From NCBI GenBank assembly GCA_905178155.1, contig CAJINV010000003.1, positions 11,582,733 through 11,646,732 of the forward strand: DNA of 64,000 nt, given 5' to 3'. Shown here in pieces: positions 24,535-37,580 of the stretch. Source of the stretch: Amoebophrya sp. A120. Lineage: Eukaryota > Protista > Dinoflagellata. The first letter of the stretch is position 1. Each line of letters opens with the position of its first letter. Below the pieces are notes generated by a model. It did not search any database. It was not told where the DNA came from and saw only the letters and a program-made list of their open reading frames with translations. Made by a program: the position numbers and the translations under genes.

Positions 24535-26765
24535 TCCTCAAGCACTACCAGTTACACTGATAGCCTTCTCCTTCGCATTTCGTTCAAACATGTGCTTAGC
24601 TTTTTGAAAGTTGTGATAGGCATCAAGGGTCTTCAGCTGTTCATCAGAAAGATCGTCGATCCTTTTCTTTAGTTTAGTAAATCGTAATTGTTTTTTTTTA
24701 CTTGAAACTCCACGGCGTCCAAATATTGCTGTTCGTTCGGGTCTAATGGCAAGCCTAGGCGCAATTTTCGCGCAATTTCCACCTCTAGCAAAATTTCATT
24801 GAAAAATTTACTTTTCTTTAGTGAAGATTGCTTACGCAAACTAGGGCTGTTCCTGTTGCTACCTGGATTTATGTCCTCCTCCACTTCCGCCTTCTCGTCC
24901 GCCACAGTCTCATCTTTCCCGGTCTTCGCAATCAGTTCCTTCTCCGAAACGAACGTCTGTTTGTTGTTGCGTTTTTCGCGTATCAAGCATCACTCGGAGT
25001 CAACAAGAACAACATGTACCGGAACAATAAACAAGGTACAGCCATAATAGCAACTCATCTACTGGCATAAACAAAGATGAATGAAAGCGGCGCATTTGTT
25101 CAGTACCGAGCCGTCCGCTTGCACCACATCGCTCACCGGAATGCCCGTACTACTGTCGTCCTCATCCTTGATGGGGGGGATGTTCTGTGCACCCCGTCAA
25201 TTATCGTACGCATTGACGCACCAACCTGTAGTTTTCACTTTTTGTTTTGGATTCGCGTCCACACGCGTTTGTTTCTCTTTTGAAATTGAAACGAAACGCA
25301 AATGTAGATCTAAATTGTAATCGCTATCCTTCCCTGCATAACTTTTCGCATGTACAACGAACAGTAGGCATATCCTGAACGAACTAGTACACGATGTTAT
25401 TTGAACTGAAAAAAATTATACTCAAATGATCCTCCCCCGGAAAGGTTAGCGGCAGTGCCAGCAACTGCGCAGAGATAACCAGGCGCTTCCCGTACTTCGA
25501 CTTGATACGCGGCATCTTGGCAGTTTCCGCCTACCGCTCAGCGTTGCAGCGAACAGAATGGAAGCATTGCTTGGCAGTGGCAGTGGCGTAAAAAAAAGTC
25601 TACGACATATCAATCTATTGAGATGTTGTTTTGACATTTAATCGCGTCAGGATTTTTCAGACAACACGTTCCACGACCCCGGACGACGATTTTCCTTCCC
25701 GTCTCGAAGTTGCTCTACGAACCTCTCTGTTATTTACCTACGGCTCTCGCGCCACACAACTTACGCGGCCCACGTCACAATTTATTATCTTCACGTTCAC
25801 GACCAGAAACGACAGTTTGAATGATACTACTGTTTGTTACGTATACCTTTTTTCCTGTTCTTTTGGTGTTCGTGCGTTTGCCCCTAACGAATGTCACTTG
25901 CAGTGAGTCATTATGCATGTTGGTGTACGAAGAACCATTCCAGAGCAGCATCTTCACGGTACTTAAGACAGAACACAGCGGGGCGGGCGGGCCCAAGCAA
26001 TCTACAAACACCAGATAAATGCAGTGCTTCGCCATTCTTTCTCTTTTCTACCCTCGTCCGCAGCAGAAGCAATAGACATATCGGCAGTATGTCGAAGTCG
26101 ATGCGCAATCCAAGCTGCAATAAAATTTTCGTATCCAACCATTGACTCACAATTCCATCTTCTGAAATGCCATATTTGGTTTGCGCAGTCGTGCCTCGCG
26201 CGCGTCACAACTTTTTCAAGCAGGTTCTTCCTGTTTCGCGCACATACGACCTCAAGCCAGTCGCTACGATGGATCGGGAAAGTAATGACGACTGCGTTGA
26301 TTTCACCATCTTCTTTCCTCTTCCGCACACTACTACGTACTTACACCGCCACAACCAATTCGTTGGTTCTGGGCGAGGACTTCTTCAACCTCTCCTTCTA
26401 CACGGAAGCACCCCGAAAACACCGCGGAAAGCGAAATAAAACCAATCCTGTTGCATAATTATCCACAGTCGTACAAATAAAACGTGTCGTCGTACTCTTT
26501 AGACGTGCTGGTCCTGACCTTAGCGAGCCATTCTATCTTTGCCTGTGCGATCCTGCAGCAGGTGGGAAGTGGTTGTTGTTCTTGCTGGTTCCACTTCAGG
26601 AGTTGATGCTCCGTGGACCTGGATGCCACCACCATCCGCGGTGAAACTTTTCACTGAACATTCCTCGATTGCTCGGTCTGTCGATCGGTCAGGGTCTTCA
26701 ACCGCTTGTGCTGCTGCTGTGGAAACAAAGACCCGAATGGTCAGCAGGACAAGAACCTGGGACAA
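24535..26765 (-). CDS. Probable multi-exon hypothetical gene or genes
   Basis: Protein-like minus-strand fragments: signal-peptide-like MSQVLVLLTIRVFVSTAAA, FFNEILLEVEIARKLRLG and KRIDDLSDEQLKTLDAY. Exon joins were not resolved. Confidence 0.35.
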
Positions 26766-26973
26766 TTACACAGTCGCAACCGATTTGCAGGAGGGGCCTC
26801 AACACAGCGACTTTATGCGTCCTCCCGATTCGTGACGTCCACATCGCGAGCGCCTCGCCGCCGCCACGACCGGTTGCAATGAATCACGCAGAATTTGGAG
26901 ACGAAAAAACTGGACCACTGCAATCAAGTGCAAGCTGTGCCGCAAGTCCCAGTCGTCCATGCTGTCGTCCTGC

Positions 26974-27565
26974 TCATTGACTCTTGAACTTCCACTCGCG
27001 CCGGCACATGGGGCAGTGCTTTTGCTCTTTCTGCAGCCACTTCACGATGCAGTGAATGTGGAAGTGGTGGGAGCACTCGCCCCATACTATAGTAAGGAAA
27101 AATGATCCCCCCTCCCCATATCGAAAAGGAAGCCACAGAAAATTTCCAGTGCTGATTTGTGGCCACAAATCTTCTTTGTCTTGCAAGAAGGCAACTCCCC
27201 GTAGGCTGCGCCGCATTATGCGGGCGGTTTGTGATGCTGTTGGGCCTAGTACAGCGTGGATATTTGTAATGCTGGCCGCCTATGTCAAAACCTCGCTGCC
27301 CAGGGTTGGCATATGTCTACTGCAGTCCGCTACTGCAAGACAAATCTGATTTGTGTACGCAAATCCAGCATCACTAATTCCCTTTTCGATATGGGGAGGG
27401 GGAATTTTTCCTTTTGGTACACACCGGCGGGCAGTCGTCTCCGGGGCGCTTGCAGTCCGGGCAACAGGCGTCGAAGGGCATGTGGCAGATCGAGCACACG
27501 TCCTCGTTCGGAATGTTCCAGTGCCAGCTCGCGACCGGCTGGTAAGAGAGGTATTTGACCTTCAT
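26974..27565 (-). CDS. APC11: Anaphase-promoting complex subunit 11 (RING-H2), 84 aa, two exons
   Basis: Spliced sequence MKVKYLSYQPVASWHWNIPNEDVCSICHMPFDACCPDCKRPGDDCPPVW|GECSHHFHIHCIVKWLQKEQKHCPMCRREWKFKSQ matches the APC11 pattern (CxICxMxFxxCCPDCKxPGDDCPxVWGxCSHxFHxHCIxKWL...CPMCRxEWKF). Confidence 0.93.
27088..27419. mobile_element. Introner family C, uninterrupted 332-bp copy
   Basis: TIR tatagtaaggaaaaatgatcccccctccccatatcgaaaagg / ccttttcgatatggggagggggaatttttccttttggta; direct repeat catac/cacac. Confidence 0.9.
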
Positions 27566-28885
27566 GATCTTTCTTTATCGAAATAAATTTTTGACTTGAG
27601 TTGAAATGTCCGAGAACTTTGCGACCACTTCTCCTGTGCAGATCTTGAATTATTAGCAACGGAATAAATATGATCTTAAGGTGCAGGTCCTGTGAGTCGG
27701 CACGTCGGCCGGCATCTCTACCTGCTGCAAAAAGTATGTTCACAAAAACGGTTTCGGCCGTCAGGTGGAGGCGAAGCTGACTCCAGCCGCGCGCAACGAG
27801 AAGAAGTCACGACGATTGATTCAGTAAGTATGCAGAGAAGCGTGAACAGCCCATCATATCAATCTGTCCACCACAGCATACATCGCGGAACAGGAGGCCC
27901 TGTGCCGAGAGGCAACATCCCCTGTGAGTGATCCCGGGAAATAAAGACTCTCGGTGCTCCGACGGAAACAAAACACCGAGCCACCTGCGGAGCACCAAAA
28001 CCCAAACCCAACACGGGCGCTCCGCTCCGACGGAGGGTCTGCAGCTTACTTAACCCGGCTGCGGGAACGCCGCACCAAACACCATCGCGGGGGCGAAAGG
28101 GAGAACAGACGCGCCCACGCCAATCCCGTTCCAACTACGCGAACCGTGGCGCCCGGAAAGTGAACGGCTCCCCTCCTTCCGCTCTTTTCTTGTTCTCGCC
28201 GTGAAGTAAGTAACAACTGCACCCTATGTATAGAGTATCAAGTGGAACATCACGACTTCTACAACCCGGTGCATCCTCAACTTATGTTGAGAGCAGCTCC
28301 CGTGGTGTAACTGCACACCACTTCCAAAAATCGTTATACGAAAAAATGTGTCGCGAGCAAAACTAAATTTGTTTGTGTGAAGACAAAGAGCTTCTTTCTT
28401 TTGTGCTTTCCGTCATCGAGATGAAGATTCAAGATCTTTAAATAAAGTTTATCACGAATAAGAAGTAATTACTATCTTGTTCTTCTTCAACTCCAACTAA
28501 ACTACGACAAGGCGAATAAGATAAAAGTGTTCGTTTCTAGGCAACAGGGCTTGTATGACAACGGAAAAATAAAATGATGTTTGGTCTTGGGGCGAGAAAT
28601 ACGTGCGAGCAGAGGACCCAATGGAAAGCGTACAATTGCCGAGCCGAGATTCGCAACAGTGTAGTTGCGACGCAAAAGGATGCTGCTGGTGGTTGCTTAC
28701 GACTAAGTACTAAAATACGGTCATCAGGAAAAGGATTACTGCCGTTTGAATGCGTGGCGTGAGCGAGGCTTAGAATAAGTAAATTCTTCTTATCGGCTCC
28801 AAAAATCCTGCTCCCCTGCACCTGTTTCGATTTCGTTTTCATCGTCCACTACGAAAATAAAATGGTCGTCCCTCCCTGCATTTCC

Positions 28886-31800
28886 TCACTGATCTTCTGG
28901 CAGCGCCTGACGGAAAAAAGGCTCTCCCAAGAGCATTTGCGCGGTGGGCCGGTAGGTCGGGTCCAGAGTCAACGCCCGGCGCAGAAATTGGACAAAGAAC
29001 CGATGGTCTTCATCGTCTAAAATTGTGTCTTCCAGAGTGTTCAGAGGGTCCGGCTTGCAGTCCTTCACATACCGGCACGCTTTCAACGTTTTCTCCGGGG
29101 TCCCGCTGCCTTCAGGATCCTGAAGTATGAAATTCGCACAAGCATGCTCGTACGGGTCGTGCAGAAAGTGCTTGTCCACAATCTCCTTCATCCCGCGGTT
29201 CAGAAACTCAGTCGAAAACGGCCCGCAACAAACTTGGTGCTGCATCAGGTGCTCGCGGTAGTAGTCCTTGTCATTCTGGAAAAGCTGATCCCCAGAGTAC
29301 CTGAATTGGGAATTGGGATTGTGTTGTCGAGCAAGATACTTATATAAGATTTGGAGTTCCAAAAGTCCGTGAAGATGAAGTTGTCGGTGAGCGCAGCGGA
29401 GCGCGTCTACTACTTTTGGAAACAAACACAGTCACAGAGTCTTTGTCTTCAAGCTCCTGCATGCATTAACAACGAACTATTTTGTACATTTCGCATGCGA
29501 TAGCGCCGACCGCGAAGACATCCACTGCATAATTCCATTTTGCCGCGATCAGGATTTCGGGACTGCGGTACTGCCGGGTCGCGATTATCATGGGTTTGGT
29601 GTCGTAGTCCTCGTCTGTCTCTCCTGGTCCCGGGAAAAACTCAGTGGCCCCAAAATCGATAATCTTCACCCGATAGTTGCCGCTTACGCAGTAGTAATTC
29701 CCGTCCGGCCAGGCCAGCGGGGACCCGTCTTCTCGCGTGACTTCGGGGTTCTCGGGCTTCGGCCCGTATCGCCGATGCTCGCGGCACCGCCGGGGCGGGA
29801 GCCGGGACTTCACTTCGCAAATCTCAAACATGATGTTCTCCGGCTTCATGTCCGTGTGGGCGCAACGACACTGTTTTATTTTGGACAATTGCAATATTCA
29901 CGTGGCGTCCTCTTTTACCTTTTCTTTGTCAATTTTCCTGCTGATTCTCATACATCAAGCACTGTCTTGTAATCAGATGATCGTCATCTCGTGATACCAA
30001 TCATGAATCTTCACGATATTCGCGATTCGCAAGCTCAAAGAGATTATACGGCTGTGGTGGGTCTGCATCTACCAGGTCGTGAACATATAAAAGAAACTGC
30101 CGTTACCGCAACAACTATCTAGATCTTTCTAAAATGCGCATCATCGATATAGCATCATGAGAGTCGCAAAAGAAATACGTCCTTCAAGAAGCTCAATCCC
30201 TTGAGCACATCCAACATGACTCTTTGAATGTCAGTCAGGTAGAAGCCCCGGAACCGGTTGGAGCTGAGCAGCTCGTATAGGCTCATGCCCAGGCGCTCAA
30301 ACACCATGACGTGGCGGATCCCTTCGGAAAACTGGTTGTCATCAAAGTGCTGGACCAGCCGCGCCAGGCGGTGTTTCCCGCAATCGTTGATATCGGGCAA
30401 CTTTAGGCCCTCCCACTGTATGTGCGTCAAGTGACTCGCCTCTACGATCGCCTCGTCACGTTCCCGTTTCCCTACCCGGATCACCTTGGCCGCGTACCAG
30501 GTGTTCCGCTGTATGTTGTTCGCGGCGGGCAGTTTCTCCCCGACGTACTTGACCGTGACCACCCGACCCCACGTACCGTCCCCGAGGTGCTTCCCCACCT
30601 GCCACTCCTTGGACAGGCCAATGTGCGTGTTCTTCTTGTAGTCAAAGTGCTCCAGCGCCTGGTCCTGCAGAATCCCGGCCGTGGGGTGGGTCAGCGCCTT
30701 TCCGCACTCGACCCCGTCCTCCAACTCCTGCGCCTCACTTCTCCGGTCGAACCCGTAGGCCTTCGGCTTCTCGAGGGTGATGTTCAGGTTGTTGTAGATC
30801 AACTCCGCGATGGCCTGCTCCGAGCTGGACGACTCACTTTCCTCCTGCTCGTCGTTGGGACGATTTGCTGTTCCGTTTCGCCCATTATTCCCTCTCAAGT
30901 TTGCGCTATTTCTAATATCATTCTTCGGATTTCCACCACCACCAGCTGTTGCCCCCGCCCCGGCTCCTCCGCGTCTAGAATTTTGCGCGCCCCCGCCCGC
31001 CTCGTTTGCGCTGCTTGCAGCGGTGGTTTTCGTCCCCGCGCGACTCGGAGCAGCGGGGGCGGGCTGCATCCCTGGATACAGTCGGCCGTTCTTCCCCGGC
31101 CGACGGATATTGCGATACACTTTGTTGACGTCGTCCGTTCGCTGCGCGTTTTCCTCCGTCGTCTGCTGGCTTTTGTTGGGCTTGGGGTTCTTCGACAATT
31201 GCTGAGCCGTTCTTTTCATCCACGCCGACCCAAACGGCCTGTTTGGATCGTTTTGGTGATTGGTTTTTGATGCTGGTGGCGCCTTAGAGCCTGTTCGTGT
31301 CGAAGTGGCCGCTGCTCCGTTCTTATTGTTTCTATTGTTGTCTCTTTTTTTAGAGGCATTAGCATCGCCTCCTGTTTTGTTATTTTTGTTATTTCGCCTC
31401 GTCCGCGCGTTAGTATTGTTGTAGCTATTTTTATTCATCTCTCCACCCCCGGCTGTATTGTCACCGCCGGCGCCCCCTCGGTCACCTACGGGGGACCGGC
31501 TCCGGGATTGGCCGCGGGACACTGACCCATGATCGGACCCAGACGCCGGGGACCTCTGCCGCTCGCTGCTTGAACCTCGGGAGTGGTCTCGGCCGCCTGC
31601 AAAAATGATCACGTTTTGGAAAGAATGTGAAGAATAGGCGGATCAGACTGCTCCTCCCGCGCCGTCTATATTTAGTTTCGTACGCCCAGCAAGCTTGTCG
31701 TAGGTCTTCGGCATTTTTTCAACAACGAATAGAGAGTTTTGACAATCCGCCCATCATCAACATGCATCCAAAAATATACTCCTCCACTACTTAGTAAGTA

Positions 31801-33848
31801 CCCCCTCCCATATTGCCCCATTGCCATGGTTGATAGTCTTGTCTCCGGACGTTTCTGTAGCCCCGGTCGCGGATTGGAGTCGCAGACCTTTTTCGTCCCA
31901 TTTTTCTCACGGGCGGGAAGGGATCCTTTTGCCTCTGGTTGATGTTGCGGTTGTTCATTTGCTGCAGCCGCCCGCCTATTGTATTGCCGTTATTTGTTCC
32001 ATACGGGCCACGGAAGGCATTGCCATTTGGGTTGTTATTCTTGGTGTAAAAACCTCCACCTCTGTTGGTTCCAACACCGCCACCTCCTGTGTTGCCACCG
32101 AAGTTGTGCTGACCTATGCCGCTGTTTGCTCGCCCTCTTGACGGTGAGTTAATACCGTTGCCCCCTCTCCTGCCGCGTTGTGTGTTGTCCAAAGGAAAAA
32201 CAGGCGAGTCAAGCGCCTCTTGAACGAACTTACAGTACAACTGGAGCTCAGTCGTGGTACAAACTATTTGTATTTTACTTGTTGATCAACACAAGATTTT
32301 CAAAACGGAAACCGTATCAACGAGAAGTGTCTTAATCGAAAGATTCGTTTTGTTTCCATTCCTTGATGAATTTTGAATAAGCAAAACTACAGTGTTGAAA
32401 AAGGAACGAACCATGCCTCCTGCAAGCAACAATGCATCATGCATCCAATAGTCAATCACTCCAAGTAGAAAATCGAGCTCTTGACCAAAAGCCAGCAGGC
32501 CTCGCAAGAACCTGTGCCTTCTCTTGCATACGGTGGTGGAGACTTCGATGAATTATAATGCTGGCCCCCTCCACCTCCTCGCGGCCCACTGCTGCTTCTG
32601 CCTCTCCTCCTTTGGTCGCCATTTTGGCCTCCACCGCGTTGTCGTGGACCGCTCGGCGTGAAACTAATGCATTGCAAGTATCTCTAGGTCTGGAAGGATG
32701 CAAGACTTCTCAGGCTGGGCTCGCATCCGTAGAGAGACGTACCCCTCCTACTACATGTAGTTGTGAAAAAATACTACCGTTGCTACTTTTTTATGCGAAA
32801 CATTCACTCGCATCACAACTTTCCAGACCCAGACACATTTTCCATGTGCATAAAACTTCGCTGGCGGCGATTGTTGTTGTTTCCACCTCCTCCTCCGAAT
32901 CGGTCGTAGTCCCGAGACCGATCCCGCGGCGACCTCTGCCGCGGTGGGGGCGACCGCGACCTGCCGCGAGGACTGCGGTCATTATTTCGGTTGTTTCCAC
33001 CCCCGCGGCCGTGGTTGATGTCCTGGTTGCGATCCCGCGACCGATAATTATTGTCTCTGTTGCGGTCCCCGCGGGTATCGCAAAAAAAAAAACTGCACGT
33101 ACTTACTACTTCTGGCTCAGCTTACTACTTCAGCATAATATGTTGTAGCAACACCGATTCTTGTCATTGTGGTTGCGCAGGTATGACCAAGAAAGAACGT
33201 CGCGCAAGGTGGAACGTTCTTTGTTCCACACTGCGTAAAACTAAAACTCCCGAAAGCAAGTGAAACAAAAATCAGCGCTGCGCTTCTGGTATAGATCATA
33301 GGCGTTGCTGCAATTCTAGAATAATTTGTAGTCCGTTGAGACGCGGAACGAGCACGAGCTTGCAGTTGTGCATGGCAAACAGGAAGTGCTGAAAGCCAAG
33401 GCGATACAGTTTTTTTCATGAAATAGCGAGGAGAGCTGCTGCTTCTTCTTCGAGCATTGTTGTTTTGCCCGCGGCGAAGGTTCCCACTGCCGGCTCCTGA
33501 AGAAAAAATTGGCAAATTTGCCGAAATGTATGTTGTCTTTGAATGACTGTTGTAACTAAGAGTATGTAAGGCTAAGATCGCTTGCGAGGGCGCGACAGAA
33601 TAAGAAGGTGCAACGAAGTACGACTAATCAAGGCGAAGTGTAGCGCAGTAGAGAAGGCTGCTTTTCAAGAAAACGCAACTACGACTACCGACGTCGAAAG
33701 CGCGCACACTATCAAAAAAGGAATGCGTCGATGAGTTGTTAGTACGTCCTCTGCCGGCGGTGTGGTCGTCTCTCCTCCTGCCGCCCCCTCGAGCGATGTT
33801 GTGTTCCCCCTCGTAGAGGAACAAGTGGGCGGATTGCTGAGGCTGCAT
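28886..33848 (-). CDS. CLK/LAMMER-like CMGC protein kinase with an RS/RG-rich N-terminus
   Basis: Motifs LGDGTWGRVV, AAKVIR, HTDMKPENIMF, IIDFG, ATRQYRSPEIL and EHLMQHQVCCGPF (LAMMER-like). GT-AG introns at 29301-29487 and 29871-30178, plus two introners. The 5' exon links and start are tentative. Confidence 0.8.
32666..32852. mobile_element. Introner family A, degenerate left end
   Basis: aatgcattgcaagtatctctaggtctggaag ... ttccagacccagacacattttccatgtgcata; direct repeat aaact; gives RRQRSF|TPSG in frame. Confidence 0.75.
33076..33425. mobile_element. Introner with A-rich TIR
   Basis: tatcgcaaaaaaaaaaactg ... cagtttttttcatgaaata; direct repeat gcggg/gcgag; gives SSPR|GDRNRD in frame. Confidence 0.65.
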
Positions 33849-36800
33849 CTTGTGAACGTGAAGCTTTTAGGAATAAAATTCTCTGATTCTTTCCACCGAG
33901 TCGCGGAAATATTTCTTTGTTAGGGGGAGCAGATAATGAATAAAATTTGTTGTTGCGGTCTAACTCTATACCTTCTCTTCCAATTCGCCTAAAAAATATC
34001 GGAGCGAATAACAAGCGTGCTCATACTTCTACTAAGTCGATCGCCAGGATCGTTCCAAGAATGTCGTTTTGTGGTGTGGAAGATGAATAGCTTTTTCTTT
34101 CTAACATGTGATGGCGAAATAAACTGTTCCCCGCTGCAGCACTTGAAGAACGTCTTGCGGTGCGGAAAGATAAAGAACCATGAATACTCGGTCGACAACG
34201 CGTGCGTTGAAAGTGTTGGTAAAATAAATTACCACAAAAATTCGGCTGGAGGTTCAAATGTGTCGTTTTCCATGTATTTGTTCTTCTTTTGGAGGCCTAT
34301 CAAAATGTTTTTTCGCGAAGACTTCCGTTCGAGGAGTGACGTGCGTGAGAAATTTTTCAAATTAATTCATCGATCAGGCACCAAACATAACTCTAGAAAA
34401 TCATGATTGCAAGCTGCAATAATCGTGAATTATCCTCTCCTATGCGGAGATAGAAACGTGGAGATCTTCGCAGAATCGGCGTGAGTACTATAAGCTCCTT
34501 GACGCTGAACGGCCTTCATAATTTCCTGGTGGGCAACAAGGCTCTATTGTAGCTGCAGCCTTCTTGCATCTGCTCATGCTTCTGCTGGACGTAGATGCTG
34601 TGCATCTTCATCTTCAATCCACACTACTTCTTGATACATTCGCTTTTTATCCAATCGAGAAAAGAATCCAACACGCTTACTCGAATGAAGGAAGGAGCAA
34701 CAAGGCCATTTTTCTTTGCGCATCTTCGTGGACAAATAAAGAACACCTTCACATTTTCATCGCGAGCAAGTGGAACAAGAACCCTTCTGGATATCAGAGA
34801 TAAGAAAGACGCAAGGAGAACCGTGTAGGACAGGTTTTTCTGTTTTCAAACTTTCACAAGTGGCGACTTGACTGTCGTGACAACATCCATCTGAAGACAA
34901 TACCAATTTCATGGGAACTACATCAACTCTTTTCAATCTCGAGCTGTTCTTTTCTTCAGCACCACTGCAGTGGGGGGCTCGTTGTTTCAGGAGTTTCAAC
35001 AGAAGATATTGTAAAGTTGATGCTGTTTTGATTCATACTTGGGAGCGCAACTGCAACTCATAGAAGACAATGGAATGTTGAACAATTCTGACACCTTATT
35101 TTAATTATCTACTTAGTTCGTCTTTAATATTCGCCGGGGCAATAGAATTTTTCTGGAAAATGATCATACGGGTGAGATGACCAGTAGCATACGCAGCAGC
35201 AATCATAGTCAAATGGTCATAATACACGAAAATCGTGGGTAGCGACAAGAGCCGAGAAGTGTTGAGGATCTTGGATATTATTTTTACAGATGGTGCTGCA
35301 AGCATGCTCTCGAGTAAGTATATTTTGGTGAAGAAGCGAGGGTTGGGTTTTAGCGATTAAAGTTGATGCACGGCCGCGGCTTGCTCCGATAAGAGGCCAT
35401 CTTGAAGTAGGGATAATACTACAGAGCAGAGAAATAGGACTCAAACATTGAAAATCAACGTCAAGCGGTGGACGTCGAACGGGTAAAAGAAGACACTTAG
35501 ATCTCTTTTCAGGTACTTAGTGTTCGTTTTGATTGCTATATATTACTTAGAATTTTTTTGCACTCCCAGCCCACGGGAAAAGAATTAAGATCAACTCTGA
35601 GTGAAAACAGTACTGCACTGAAGAAGAAAATTGGTGTAAAGCAAAGATTCACGAGCGCCAGCGTACCATAACCATTTGTCTACTATAGCAGCTACTTTTA
35701 CTAAAAACTCCTGTCCGATAAAATGAGAATGACTGACGGGAAACTCGGCGTGTGGGGACAAGCGCTTCTTGTTGTCTCAGGGCGGCTGGAAACAAAACTT
35801 TAGTGCAACAAGAGTGTTTAATTACGCCCGGAAATCTTGAAACGCATGTCCGTGCTTCAAGAGGTTCTCTAGCAAGGTAGTTAGGCATCGTGCTGCTAGT
35901 TGTTGTTTTTGCACTATGACAACAAGGCGCAAGCAATTACCCTTGGGCTGCTTAGTCACTAGTCTGTGCCCGTTCCCGTCGACCTATTCTTGTCCTGCAG
36001 CGAAGAATTTCATCTCTGCGGGAGGTCGCTGGGCCACCACGTCTTTTTAGGCTCCTCAAGACTTGGTTGTTGTAAGCAAAATGCACTGACACAACCACCT
36101 GCCGATAGAAAGCAACTTGAACGCAATTCCACTGTGGGGGGCCTATTGTGCAATGGAGCTGGCTGATATTTTCAACACGACGGCGCAGCTCAGGCAGCTA
36201 CTAGTACTGTTTGCCCGCTTCATAGAGACTTGAGGTCGGCTTACATTTAAAAAAAGATGGAATCTACTGGAAAAACGGAAACATACTCGAAAAAACTGAT
36301 ACTCGAAGCTACTTTTTGTAAAAACTTTCTGCGCTTTCATATTTTGACCAGCTCACTGCTTCTCCTTCCTGAACTTGCTTCTTGTCAAGATTTACATATT
36401 TTGTCTTTGCGTCAGATAAAGTGGATGAGTTCCATTAAAATCCTTGATGCACTTAGAGAGCAAAGAACTTTATTACTTTTTAACAAGCAACTTTTCTATT
36501 CCAAAACTTCAACCTGCTACTTCTATTTTTTACTATGGAGCTCTTGATGTCATAATTCAGTATACAACATGTTACACGTATGCACGGTGTTGGTGGTGAC
36601 TCCCTGCTCCTTACACTTGTTGTACCGTCAAAGCAGCAGCTCTTTGAAACCTATTTTCTGTGTCTTTCGAAGTAAACTACAAATGTCCGAAACGAACCAT
36701 TGGGCCGGGGTTTCAACAAGACGCGTGATCTTTGATGGTTGCATATGAGAGCAGAAAGATGATTCCCGACCTTCAAATTTTAATTTCATTAGCGGCACTC

Positions 36801-37134
36801 ATCAATTCAGACAATAACTTAATTAATCGATTAGCTGAAAAAAACCGGCCCATTAAGCATCTTCTACCATGCAGCTGCCCGGTTTTCAAAATTTATCTCA
36901 GCTTCGATTTTCAAAATTTTTTATCTCCTGTATCAAAAACGCTGTATCGGCCTCTCTGTCTTGCACCCGTGCTCTCATACGCTTACGCCCGGAAGAGGAA
37001 CCAGAAAAGAATAAATTGTTCTTTCGAGCAAATAGCATTTCATCTCGTGTTCTTCTTAATATACTTTCCCCCACAGCAACGCAGTCAACAGTGCGAAAAG
37101 TAGTAGAAACTATGACGACCCTTCTCTTCCTCAT

Positions 37135-37580
37135 TCAGTAGTATCCTGTCGTTGCGGCGTGCCCGTAGGCGCCGGCAGCCGCGTAACCAGTCTGGTCGTA
37201 CGACATTGGGGCCGGCGGGTAGCCTACCGCGGCAGGGTTATACTGGTGGTGGTATCCGGCGTTCTGTGGTGGTAATTTTTTGCAACACGTCGATTGACAA
37301 CCTACGAAATAATTTCAAGCTTCCCTAATAAATACCAGTGGTGCGCTCGGATGGAGTACCTCACGTCAGATTGGTTTGCTACACGATCAGAGTTGTTTCA
37401 ATCCCGACTTGCTACACGAGGACACCCAAATAGAACGAAAAAATTGAAACAAACAGAAGGTTCAAGAGCGAGTCCAAAAATCAGTATGAAATGATACCAC
37501 ATCTCCGCCTTGCCAGCCGGTTTGATCCATCATGCCTGCGTTTCCACCCCCAGCATAAGCAGTTGGGTACGCGCCAGGGG
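37135..37580 (-). CDS. 3' exons of a Pro/Tyr/Gly-rich protein; upstream exons unresolved
   Basis: APGAYPTAYAGGGNAGMMDQTGWQGG and PPQNAGYHHQYNPAAVGYPPAPMSYDQTGYAAAGAYGHAATTGYY followed by a stop. Confidence 0.45.
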
